From contig CAYRYE010000002.1 of assembly GCA_964428655.1 (NCBI GenBank), positions 68,251 to 101,471 on the forward strand: a stretch of 33,221 bases of DNA. The letters are read 5' to 3'. Numbering within the stretch: the first letter of the stretch is position 1; each line of letters begins with the position of its first letter. This document shows, piece by piece, positions 10,124-17,787 of this stretch. Position numbers and translations under genes: made by a program. Source of the DNA: an uncultured Gammaproteobacteria bacterium (GTDB lineage: Bacteria; Patescibacteriota; Microgenomatia; UBA12405; JAHJSD01). The notes under the pieces were generated by a model. That model was given only the letters and a program-made list of their open reading frames with translations. It did not search any database and was not told the DNA's origin.

Positions 10124-10457
10124 GATAGAATTTCTTATTGTGACAGAACAAGTTTATCAACAGAAACAAAGTATTATTCAAGAAACAATTGATAATCAAA
10201 CTTTTATTCTTTTGCCAAAAAAGGGTAAACTCGTCGAGCTAAACAAAACTGCTTCCTTTATTTGGGAAAAGCTTAGGAAACCACAAACTATTAATCAAAT
10301 AATTAAATCCCTTTGCCATAAATTTGAAATACCCTCCTCCGCAGCTGAAAAAGACGTCCGCGCCACCATTGACAAGTTTTCCAAGCTAAAATTGATAAAG
10401 GGGGTAAAAGCGAAAAATAAACGAAAAACAAGCGCCAAAAGCGAGAGGAAAAAATAA
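10122..10457 (+). CDS. PqqD-family protein (RiPP recognition element-like peptide-binding domain) with a Lys-rich tail
   Basis: 111-aa ORF. NQTFILLPKKGKLVELNKTASFIWEKL...INQIIKSLCHKFEI...AEKDVRATIDKFSKLKLI follows the PqqD pattern of a beta-strand followed by LN and W. The last ~18 aa (KAKNKRKTSAKSERKK) are antisense to the neighbouring gene. Confidence 0.7.
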   Translation: MIEFLIVTEQVYQQKQSIIQETIDNQTFILLPKKGKLVELNKTASFIWEKLRKPQTINQIIKSLCHKFEIPSSAAEKDVRATIDKFSKLKLIKGVKAKNKRKTSAKSERKK

Positions 10458-11586
10458 ATCTTGCCATAATGGCCGCTTTTCTCCAAACAGGCACTGGCCA
10501 AAGTAAAAAACGGAGAATAGTATTTAAATAGAGATTCTTTTTTCTTTCTAGTATTGGATTAATTGGTTTGAAAAAAGTTTTTTCATTAATAAATAATTTC
10601 ACTATCTTTCCCCCAGGGGCTTCAAAATTATTTTTTAAACCAAACATCCGCCTGACCCAATAAATGTTTAGTTTAACTATAGGCAAACAATCATGAGAAT
10701 CTGCTAATTGCCACAATTTTTTCCAATTAATTTTTTTATTAAGAACGATATTAGCAATATCGGCCAATTGCCAAATGCCACGCATATTGTGGTTAAGGAA
10801 AAAATTCAAAGAAGCGTAGAATAACCATTCTGTTGGTTCTAAAAAATGGCCCTTTTTTATTTTCATTAATTCTTTTGATATTTTTTGGATCTTCTTTTTA
10901 TTAAAAGGCCACTGAAAGAACTGACCACTAGTCCAAGCAAAGGGTTCCAGGTGCAAGTCAATTTTTAATTCGACTTTCTTTTTAATAAAACTTATTTCCC
11001 CGGCAACAGGATCATTCCCCCGACAATGCTCGCATTCCACTCCCTGCTCAATTTTAATCTTCCAACCTTGGCTATTCAAAATTCTTTTTGCTTGAAAATA
11101 ATTATCCCTGCTTATTAACACATCCAGGTCAATAAATGGCTTATTGGGAAAACAGCCAAAATACTTTTTCTGCCAGAGGGGGCCTTTTAAAATCAAATAA
11201 TCAATTGATTTCTTTTTTAGCTCACTAGCAACTCTTTCCCATTCAAAAAGATAAACCAAGGCCAATTTTGGCCAAAAATCTCTTTTTACTTTTCCTAAAA
11301 ACAGTTTTGAAGAAAACCAACCATCAAAATAATTATTTGCCTCACCCCAAGTCAAACCCTTTTTTCCATGCTTTAATAACAAATAATGCAAAACCCCTTT
11401 TCTTGAAATCTTAACAAAAACTAAATCGCCGATTTTTAACTCATCAAAACTTACAGGAGAAATTTTTACCAACTTTTTAGAACTAATTACCGTACCCATA
11501 CTTTTCCCTGTTGGTTTTAGATTCACTGACTTTCCTTTTTTTAAAGATGATACAATTAATTTATGAGAAAATTCAGAACTATTCAT
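10303..11586 (-). CDS. Fusion protein: N-terminal S24/S26-type Ser-peptidase-like segment plus an uncharacterised nucleotidyltransferase (NTP_transf_5-like) domain
   Basis: 427-aa ORF. The N-terminus, LKPTGKSMGTVI...ELKIGDLVFVKISRKGVLHYLLLK, resembles the GxSMxP...GD...H(R/Y) pattern of signal-peptidase/LexA-type peptidases. The middle, ILKGPLWQKKYFG...KPFIDLDVLISRDNYFQAKRILNSQGWK, matches the nucleotidyltransferase family. Confidence 0.65.
   Translation of the reverse strand: MNSSEFSHKLIVSSLKKGKSVNLKPTGKSMGTVISSKKLVKISPVSFDELKIGDLVFVKISRKGVLHYLLLKHGKKGLTWGEANNYFDGWFSSKLFLGKVKRDFWPKLALVYLFEWERVASELKKKSIDYLILKGPLWQKKYFGCFPNKPFIDLDVLISRDNYFQAKRILNSQGWKIKIEQGVECEHCRGNDPVAGEISFIKKKVELKIDLHLEPFAWTSGQFFQWPFNKKKIQKISKELMKIKKGHFLEPTEWLFYASLNFFLNHNMRGIWQLADIANIVLNKKINWKKLWQLADSHDCLPIVKLNIYWVRRMFGLKNNFEAPGGKIVKLFINEKTFFKPINPILERKKNLYLNTILRFLLWPVPVWRKAAIMARFIFSSRFWRLFFVYFSLLPPLSILAWKTCQWWRGRLFQLRRRVFQIYGKGI
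11548..11556 (+). promoter_or_regulatory. Extended -10 promoter element TGaTACAAT, 6 nt upstream of ATG 11563 (leaderless-type)
   Basis: Read directly from the sequence: gaTGaTACAATtaatttATG. It lies inside the 5' end of the divergent gene. Confidence 0.4.
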
Positions 11587-12381
11587 CTAAAGATAGCTGA
11601 TTTAATATTTAAAATTAAAATTAACGCCGCTTTTAAAATCGTTGCCAAAATCTGGTTAACTAATTTACAAACATATTATAAATCTTTTCTTCTTAAAAAT
11701 GGCCAATCCAAAAAAACTGCAGCCGCTACTATTAGTTTAGAGCCAAAAATAGATTGGCAAATAAAACATGGAAAAAAAATAACCAATTACTCAATTATCA
11801 CAAAAAAAACAAAAACCAAATTAGGCTTTTTTAATCATCGAACTTCTAAAGGAGATTTTGATATTTTTTCCTCCTTTTATTCTTTTGATTTATTTTTCCG
11901 CTCAGTTTTCACTCAACTTATTAAAAATTACCAAGGAGCTGTTCTTCATGCCTCGTCAATCGCCGTAAACAAAGAAATCTTTGTTTTTTGCGCTCCTAAA
12001 CAAACAGGCAAAAGCACCATTGCCGCGCTTTGTCCCTTTTCTTGCCAAATTTATTCAGACGACAATACTATTATCCGCCGAATAAAAGAAAAAATATTTG
12101 TTTTCCCAACTCCTTTTATAGAAAGAAAAGGGCCTCTTTTGAAGAAAAAGGTTGACCATTTAGAGCTAAAAAAACTATATTTTATCTCTCAGGGAAAAAG
12201 GGATGGACTTAAATTAGTTAAATCCAAAAAAGAAAAACTTTTGCTTCTTTGGGAAAATATTAAAACCACCCCAGACCTATCTAAATCTCTAATGAAACTT
12301 ATTGATTTCTACCAACTGAAGTTTGCCCCCAAAAAAGGAATCTGGCAATTGCTAATCTCATCCTCCTGCGTATCAAACTAA
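11563..12381 (+). CDS. HPr-kinase-related (HprK C-terminal-domain-like) P-loop kinase
   Basis: 272-aa ORF. GAVLHASSIAVNKEIFVFCAPKQTGKSTIAAL is the LHAS...G-x-x-GKST core shared by HprK and HprK-related kinases. Confidence 0.7.
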   Translation: MRKFRTIHLKIADLIFKIKINAAFKIVAKIWLTNLQTYYKSFLLKNGQSKKTAAATISLEPKIDWQIKHGKKITNYSIITKKTKTKLGFFNHRTSKGDFDIFSSFYSFDLFFRSVFTQLIKNYQGAVLHASSIAVNKEIFVFCAPKQTGKSTIAALCPFSCQIYSDDNTIIRRIKEKIFVFPTPFIERKGPLLKKKVDHLELKKLYFISQGKRDGLKLVKSKKEKLLLLWENIKTTPDLSKSLMKLIDFYQLKFAPKKGIWQLLISSSCVSN

Positions 12382-12397
12382 AAACACATTCCCCAAG

Positions 12398-12544
12398 CTA
12401 AAAATACTGTTGTGTAATGAAATTATCACCGTAGCCATTTCTCCTAAAAGAAGAGCCAAGTAAAACTTCTGTTTTAAACTCAGAAACTTTTACTTTTGGC
12501 TTTTGATAACTTTCTTTTTTAGAAAACTTCTGCTTTACTCTCAT
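12398..12544 (-). CDS. Candidate small peptide gene (48 aa): MRVKQKFSKKESYQKPKVKVSEFKTEVLLGSSFRRNGYGDNFITQQYF
   Basis: Hand-translated; it falls below the ORF-track cutoff. ATG at 12544, TAG at 12398-12400. A TTGACA-18-TATAAA promoter-like element sits just upstream. It lies in one of the few long non-coding gaps and is convergent with the HprK-like gene, 16 nt from its stop. Confidence 0.3.
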   Translation of the reverse strand: MRVKQKFSKKESYQKPKVKVSEFKTEVLLGSSFRRNGYGDNFITQQYF

Positions 12545-12555
12545 CAATTAACTAA

Positions 12556-12585
12556 TTTATAAACTAATACTAAAGTTCTTGTCAA
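12556..12585 (-). promoter_or_regulatory. Sigma70-like promoter TTGACA-N18-TATAAA, 11 nt upstream of ATG 12544
   Basis: Minus strand reads TTGACA (12585-12580), then 18 nt, then TATAAA (12561-12556), then TTAGTTAATTG, then ATG. Confidence 0.4.
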
Positions 12586-12714
12586 GTATCAATTTAATTA
12601 GTGATATTAAAGGCTATTTTTAATTGCCCAAAGGCAAACAGCCAGCAGGAAGCAGGAATAATCGATTACCAACTAAGAATTTTAATTGACGACAATTTAT
12701 TGTAAACTAATAAA

Positions 12715-14094
12715 ATGGGAAAAATTCCAACCATCCTTGCTTTACTGCTTTTGTGCGCGCTTCCCCTGACTCTTTTTGCTGTTTTTCAAAATCATGATTT
12801 AAGAAGAGCCGCCTTTGGCAAGAAGGCCGATATTGTTATTGATGTTTCCCAGCCTGGCGGGTCAATTTCTCAAAATTTATGGCAAAATTTTGCCCAAGGC
12901 GGCGAAGAGACCAAAGATATGATTGCCACGGTAATTAATGAGGTTAAGGCTTTAAGCCCTAAAATTATCCGAATTGATCATCTTTTTGACCACCATGTGA
13001 AAATTAACAGTGATCAATATGACTTCTCAGCCTTAGATGAAATTGTCCAGACTATTTTGCAAACCGGAGCGGTGCCAATGCTGGCTCTATCCTATATGCC
13101 CCCAGCCTTGTCTCAAGACGGCAAAAACGTTTCTCCGCCAAAAGATTGGAACCAATGGCGCCGTTTAGTGAGTGCCACTGTCTCGCGCTATAGCGGCCAT
13201 AACGGTCTTAATATAAACAATGTATATTACGAAGTCTGGAATGAGCCTGATTTATTTGGCAAGTGGCATTATGGCAAAAGCCCCAATTACTCAACCCTTT
13301 ATCACCACACTGTCAGTGCCATCCAATCAGTTGCCAATACTAATCCCCTTAAAGTTGGCGGACCGGCTACGACTGGCTTTTATCCTAACTGGATTAAGGC
13401 CTTGCTAAAACTCTGCCATAAAAATAACCTCAGAATTGACTTTATTTCTTGGCATCGATACAGCAAAAATTTAGAAGACTACGAAAAAGATTTCCAAAAA
13501 TTAAATCAGATTTTGACTGACTACCCCGAGTATTTTAATCTGGAGCGGCAAATCACAGAATTCGGTCCTGATTCTGAAAACTCAGCTTGGTACGACAACA
13601 AACTATCCGCTATCCATGCTATTGCCGGCATGACTAAACTCTTGGGGAAAGTTCACCGAATTTTTACATTTGAAATTAAAGATGGTCCTGACCCGTCGGG
13701 ACAACAGTATTGGGGTCGATGGGGTTTAATCACTCATGAAAAACACGGCATTGCTAAAAAACCACGCTACTTTGCCTACCAATTCCTGAACCAACTAACC
13801 GGCAACCGATTGCCTCTTGAGGGTGAAGGCAGTTGGGTCTCGGCAGTCGCTACCCAAACTAAGGGAACGACTAAAGTTTTAGTGGTTAACTATGATCCTC
13901 AAAACCGGCATTACGAAATGCCGCCAATTACCTTAAAAAATATCACCCCGGGAACTTATAATTTCAAATTAAGCTATTTTCAGGGGAAAAGCACCACCAC
14001 TCAAGAAGAAATTTCTCAATCAACAATAGTCAAAAAAGTAATCCTCCAACCTAATTCCGCGGCTATCCTAGAATGGCAAAAAGTCTCACCATAA
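12715..14094 (+). CDS. Secreted or membrane-anchored clan GH-A glycoside hydrolase (GH39/GH5-like TIM barrel)
   Basis: 459-aa ORF with an N-terminal signal or anchor (ILALLLLCALPLTLFAV). YYEVWNEPD is the acid/base NEP motif and QITEFG is the nucleophile Glu context. Confidence 0.7.
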   Translation: MGKIPTILALLLLCALPLTLFAVFQNHDLRRAAFGKKADIVIDVSQPGGSISQNLWQNFAQGGEETKDMIATVINEVKALSPKIIRIDHLFDHHVKINSDQYDFSALDEIVQTILQTGAVPMLALSYMPPALSQDGKNVSPPKDWNQWRRLVSATVSRYSGHNGLNINNVYYEVWNEPDLFGKWHYGKSPNYSTLYHHTVSAIQSVANTNPLKVGGPATTGFYPNWIKALLKLCHKNNLRIDFISWHRYSKNLEDYEKDFQKLNQILTDYPEYFNLERQITEFGPDSENSAWYDNKLSAIHAIAGMTKLLGKVHRIFTFEIKDGPDPSGQQYWGRWGLITHEKHGIAKKPRYFAYQFLNQLTGNRLPLEGEGSWVSAVATQTKGTTKVLVVNYDPQNRHYEMPPITLKNITPGTYNFKLSYFQGKSTTTQEEISQSTIVKKVILQPNSAAILEWQKVSP

Positions 14095-15153
14095 TTACAA
14101 TAGAAATCTTTTTATATCAGCGAAAAGAATCAAGAAGAATAAAGTCAGAAGAATTATCATCCCGACCTGATTAACTTTTCTCTTTGTTTCTTCACTAATC
14201 GCCTTGCCCTTAATCTTTTCAAAAATCAAAAGACTAATATGCCAGCCGTCAGTCCCGGGTAATGGAAGAAGATTAACTACCACCAAGTTAACAGAAACAA
14301 CAGCAAAAAAATGAATCACTGACAAAAAACCGCTTTCCTGGTAAATATCACTTGAGACTTTATAAATCCCAATTGGCCCGGCAATATCGGCCGGCGGTTT
14401 CCCTTTAAAAAGACCCAAGAGCATCTCGGTAACACCAATGATAATTTTTTCGCCCCAGAAAATACCTTCTTTAAATCCGTACCAAACACCTAATGGAATT
14501 CGCTGCCATAGAGGCAGTTTTACCAACTCGGAATCAGAAATTATCACTCCTAGTGATCCCTCGCCTTCCGGTGTTTCCTTTCTGGGAGTAATTTTAAATT
14601 CCTTTCCGTCCTCAGCTCTTAAAGTCACTTCCTGGCCAGCCCAGTTCTCGACAGCCTTAACCAGCTCTTCACTTTCCTTTATCTCAATTACCAGGCCTTT
14701 GTTTTCAATACTAACAACAACTGTGTCCTTCCCAACCCCAACCTTGTCAGCAGGTGAATTAGGTTCTACTTCAACTATCTTAACTTTACCGGTTGCTTGA
14801 GGCACCCCCTTAATTCCGTAAATGGTGCCAAAAACCATAACGGCCACCAGAAAATTCATAATCACGCCGCCAATTAAAATCAGGCCTTGAGCTTTTTTTG
14901 ATTGGTTATAAAAAGCTCGTTTTTTTTCTGTTTTTACTCTCTGCTCCATCCCCCAAACGCGGACAAAACCGCCCATGGGAATAAGATTAAGGGAATAAAT
15001 CGTCTCACCAATTCTTTTACCAAAGAGCCTTGGAGGGTAGCCAAAACCAAACTCCTCTACTTTAACTCCCCTTTTTTTAGCCAGCAAAAAATGGCCCAAC
15101 TCGTGGGCAAAAATCATCAAAGATAAAGCGACAAAAAAAATCAGAAAAGACAT
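14095..15153 (-). CDS. rseP: Site-2 protease, M50 zinc metalloprotease with PDZ domain
   Basis: 352-aa ORF with an HELGHF (HExxH) motif in the first TM, a central PDZ-like segment, and the NLLPLPGTDG motif near the C-terminus. Confidence 0.85.
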   Translation of the reverse strand: MSFLIFFVALSLMIFAHELGHFLLAKKRGVKVEEFGFGYPPRLFGKRIGETIYSLNLIPMGGFVRVWGMEQRVKTEKKRAFYNQSKKAQGLILIGGVIMNFLVAVMVFGTIYGIKGVPQATGKVKIVEVEPNSPADKVGVGKDTVVVSIENKGLVIEIKESEELVKAVENWAGQEVTLRAEDGKEFKITPRKETPEGEGSLGVIISDSELVKLPLWQRIPLGVWYGFKEGIFWGEKIIIGVTEMLLGLFKGKPPADIAGPIGIYKVSSDIYQESGFLSVIHFFAVVSVNLVVVNLLPLPGTDGWHISLLIFEKIKGKAISEETKRKVNQVGMIILLTLFFLILFADIKRFLL

Positions 15154-15707
15154 TAGCCCCCTTTTATCTCTCTCTCTTTCACTTTTGCCATTGTTTCTAA
15201 TTTGCCAATATACTCATCCGTCAACTCTTGAAGCTCTTTTTCCAGCCGGTGAAAAGCATCTTCGCTTAATTCTCTTTTTTGAAGCTGGCTTTGGAGCTGG
15301 TGACGGACATTACTACGAATATTACGGATCATCACTTTAATCGCCTCAAGTTTTTTCCCTAACAGTTTTAAATAATCTTGCCTTTTTTGGGTAGTTAAGG
15401 CAGGTAAATTAATCCGGATTTTGTCGCTATCAATAATCGGACTCAAGCCTAAATCACTTTGAGAAATACTATTTTTAATTTCATTGATAATTGACTTATC
15501 CCAAGGCTGAAAAAGCAAGCTTCTAGCTTCTTCGACTGAAATTGTCCCCAACTCCATTAATTTCATTTTCTGTCCGGTACCATAGACAGTCACTTCAATT
15601 CCATCAATTAAAGCCGGCGTGGCTCTACCGGTACGAATAACAGCAATTTCTTCCTTAAAGATTTGAAGTATCTCGTCCATCTGACCGGAGATGATATCTT
15701 TATCCAT
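15153..15707 (-). CDS. frr: Ribosome recycling factor
   Basis: 184-aa ORF. IRTGRATPALIDGIEVTVYG...PLMELGTISV-like core and the C-terminal coiled coil are typical of RRF. Operon position follows tsf. Confidence 0.95.
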   Translation of the reverse strand: MDKDIISGQMDEILQIFKEEIAVIRTGRATPALIDGIEVTVYGTGQKMKLMELGTISVEEARSLLFQPWDKSIINEIKNSISQSDLGLSPIIDSDKIRINLPALTTQKRQDYLKLLGKKLEAIKVMIRNIRSNVRHQLQSQLQKRELSEDAFHRLEKELQELTDEYIGKLETMAKVKEREIKGG

Positions 15708-15721
15708 AAGTGCAGTATATA

Positions 15722-16177
15722 TTAGATCTCGAATCTTTTGAAACGACCAATTTTAATATTTTCGCCAAATTTAGCAATCATTGATTTAAGAAGTTCATCA
15801 ATGGTCCTCTTAGGATCACGGATATATTCTTGGGATTTTAATTCCTTTACATTTTTTGGGCTCATGGCAGCAACCTGCAAACAAAGATCTTGAGCAAACT
15901 GGCGGAAATCATCACCCCGAGCCACAAAATCAGTCTCAGATAACACTTCAACCACAACACCAATTTTGCCCGTGCCGTGAGTATAAGTAGCTACATATCC
16001 CTGTTTTGTCTCCCGACCGGCTCTTTTCCCGGCTTTAGTCATCCCTTCTTTTTCTAACAATTTTTTAGCTTTTTCAAGATCACCGTCTGTTTCCTCCAAG
16101 GTCTTCTTGCACTCCATTACCCCTGCGCCTGTTTTTTCTCTCAACTGCTTGACTAACTCAATTAATTTTTTATTCAT
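15722..16177 (-). CDS. tsf: Elongation factor Ts, short form (151 aa)
   Basis: The N-terminal LVKQLREKTGAGVMECKKTLEETDGDLEKAKKLLEKEG is the EF-Ts UBA-like domain. It is followed by only one core subdomain. Confidence 0.85.
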   Translation of the reverse strand: MNKKLIELVKQLREKTGAGVMECKKTLEETDGDLEKAKKLLEKEGMTKAGKRAGRETKQGYVATYTHGTGKIGVVVEVLSETDFVARGDDFRQFAQDLCLQVAAMSPKNVKELKSQEYIRDPKRTIDELLKSMIAKFGENIKIGRFKRFEI

Positions 16178-16185
16178 CTTTTACC

Positions 16186-16941
16186 CTACTTCTTAATTGC
16201 TTTCCCAATTTCTCTAACTAATAATTGAATGCTCTTAACGGCATCATCATTAGCCGGAATTGGATAATCTACCAAGGTTGGATCACAATTACTATCAATA
16301 ATAGCTAGTATCGGAATCCCTTTTGCTCTTGCTTCTTTCACAGCTGTTTCCTCAACTTTAATATCGACAATAAACAAAGCGTCAAAGAGTTCCTCCAAAT
16401 CGGCCAAACCACCAACCAATTGTTCCAGGCGATTAGTCTCTCTTCGAATAACCGACTGCTCCCTTTTAGTCCTCTTTTTAAATTTCCCTGACTCCCAATC
16501 CTTCTTAAGTTGATTAAATTTATCAATACTATTCTTTTTAATCTCACTCCAATTAGTGATTGTTCCCCCTAGCCAGCGGTTCACCACATAGGGCATACCC
16601 ACCCTCTTTGCTTCCTCAAGAATGATTTCTCTTACCTGTCTTTTAGTACCCAATAAAACAATTTTCTTATCCTTTTTTACCAAACCAGTAATAAATTTTT
16701 TAGCTCTCTCCAGCTCCTTTTTTGTCTTAGCGAGGTCAAAAATAACAACCCCATCACGAACGGTATAAATATAGTCTTCTACTCTTGGATTAGTTTTAGA
16801 ACGTTTGTGACCAAAATGACAACCCGCCTCCAAAAGATCTTTTAAAGAAACTTCCCTCTTTACTGCTCGCTTTTTAACTTTAGGGGTCGTTTTAGCAGAA
16901 CTTTTGGCTTTTGGTTTTTGGTTTTTGGTTTTTTTCACCAT
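16186..16941 (-). CDS. rpsB: 30S ribosomal protein S2 with a Lys-rich N-terminal extension
   Basis: 251-aa ORF with LLEAGCHFGHKRSKTNPRV, the LGTKRQ region, GGTITNW, and DPTLVDYPIPANDDAVKSI. Confidence 0.95.
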   Translation of the reverse strand: MVKKTKNQKPKAKSSAKTTPKVKKRAVKREVSLKDLLEAGCHFGHKRSKTNPRVEDYIYTVRDGVVIFDLAKTKKELERAKKFITGLVKKDKKIVLLGTKRQVREIILEEAKRVGMPYVVNRWLGGTITNWSEIKKNSIDKFNQLKKDWESGKFKKRTKREQSVIRRETNRLEQLVGGLADLEELFDALFIVDIKVEETAVKEARAKGIPILAIIDSNCDPTLVDYPIPANDDAVKSIQLLVREIGKAIKK

Positions 16942-16946
16942 TCAAG

Positions 16947-16955
16947 ATTATAACA
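16947..16955 (-). promoter_or_regulatory. Extended -10 element TGtTATAAT, 5 nt upstream of the rpsB ATG (leaderless-type)
   Basis: Minus strand reads TGTTATAAT-CTTGA-ATG. The hexamer overlaps the stop codon of the upstream gpsA-like gene. Confidence 0.5.
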
Positions 16956-17781
16956 CAGAAAGAATTCTTGCCGCTAGGCCGCTGAGTAATTGCCACTGAG
17001 TAATTTTATCGCCTAATCTCTTTTCTAGCCCTAAGGCTGTCATCGCCCCCTCGGTTAGTTTTTTAAATTTTTCCCCTTTAGCCAACTTAACTCCTAATTG
17101 AAAATTACTTGAGTGGAGACTGAAACCAGTGGCAATCAAATCACTAATGCCGGCCACAGAAAAAGCAGTTTCTTTTTTGCCTCCAAAAAATTTAATAATT
17201 TCTCCCATCTCTTCAACAGCTTCTTGAACAAAACAACCTTTATAGTTATTTCCCTTTTCCTCTCCTTCGGACATTCCCAGCCCAATGGCATAAATGTTTT
17301 TCAAAGGTCCGCACCAAGAAAGGCCAATCAAATCATTGGTTTCTTTTAAGTCTAAAATTGTGTTCTTAAAAAGATTAACTACTAATTGACAATTGTTGCC
17401 GGCAATTACAGCTTTAGCCTCTTTTCCTTGTAAAATTTCTTCAGCTATCATTGGCCCGGAAATGTTTATTATTGAATCAGTCCATTGTTCTCTTGTTGTT
17501 TCCACAGCGGTTTTTCCTTCAGGGGTTAAGCCTTTACTCAAAACCACTAAGACAGGACTATGATTTTTTATCTTCGAAACGACCTGAGAAATCGCTTTGG
17601 TTGGCACAGCTAGAAAAATAATATCCGCCTCAGGCAAATTAGGATTCCGCCCCCACAAAATCACTTCGTTGTTCAAGCTTTGTTTTAAAACAAAGCTTAG
17701 AGCTGTTCCTAGTTCACCAGTTCCAATAATTAAAATTTTACTTTTCATATTCCCCTTATTATCATGAATTGATTCATGCAA
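16948..17781 (-). CDS. gpsA: NAD(P)H-dependent glycerol-3-phosphate dehydrogenase-like protein (short)
   Basis: 277-aa ORF. KILIIGTGELGTALSFVL is a Rossmann GxGxxG motif. The C-terminal half aligns by eye with the GpsA C-terminal domain. The more likely start is ATG 17748 (MKSKILIIG), preceded by AAGGGG. Confidence 0.7.
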   Translation of the reverse strand: MHESIHDNKGNMKSKILIIGTGELGTALSFVLKQSLNNEVILWGRNPNLPEADIIFLAVPTKAISQVVSKIKNHSPVLVVLSKGLTPEGKTAVETTREQWTDSIINISGPMIAEEILQGKEAKAVIAGNNCQLVVNLFKNTILDLKETNDLIGLSWCGPLKNIYAIGLGMSEGEEKGNNYKGCFVQEAVEEMGEIIKFFGGKKETAFSVAGISDLIATGFSLHSSNFQLGVKLAKGEKFKKLTEGAMTALGLEKRLGDKITQWQLLSGLAARILSVL

Positions 17782-17787
17782 ATCAAG

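Noticed and set aside
10122-12544. Interpreting the PqqD/kinase/NTase genes as a standard lasso-peptide cluster.
   Set aside because: No Asn-synthetase-like cyclase, transglutaminase-like leader protease or ABC exporter is present in the window. The 48-aa candidate also lacks the Thr(-2)/Gly1/Asp-Glu(7-9) lasso pattern.
16915-16940. Short tandem repeat ggtttttggtttttggttttttt.
   Set aside because: It encodes the Lys-rich N-terminal extension of S2 (KNQKPKAK, read on the minus strand). It is low-complexity coding sequence, not a regulatory or CRISPR-like repeat.
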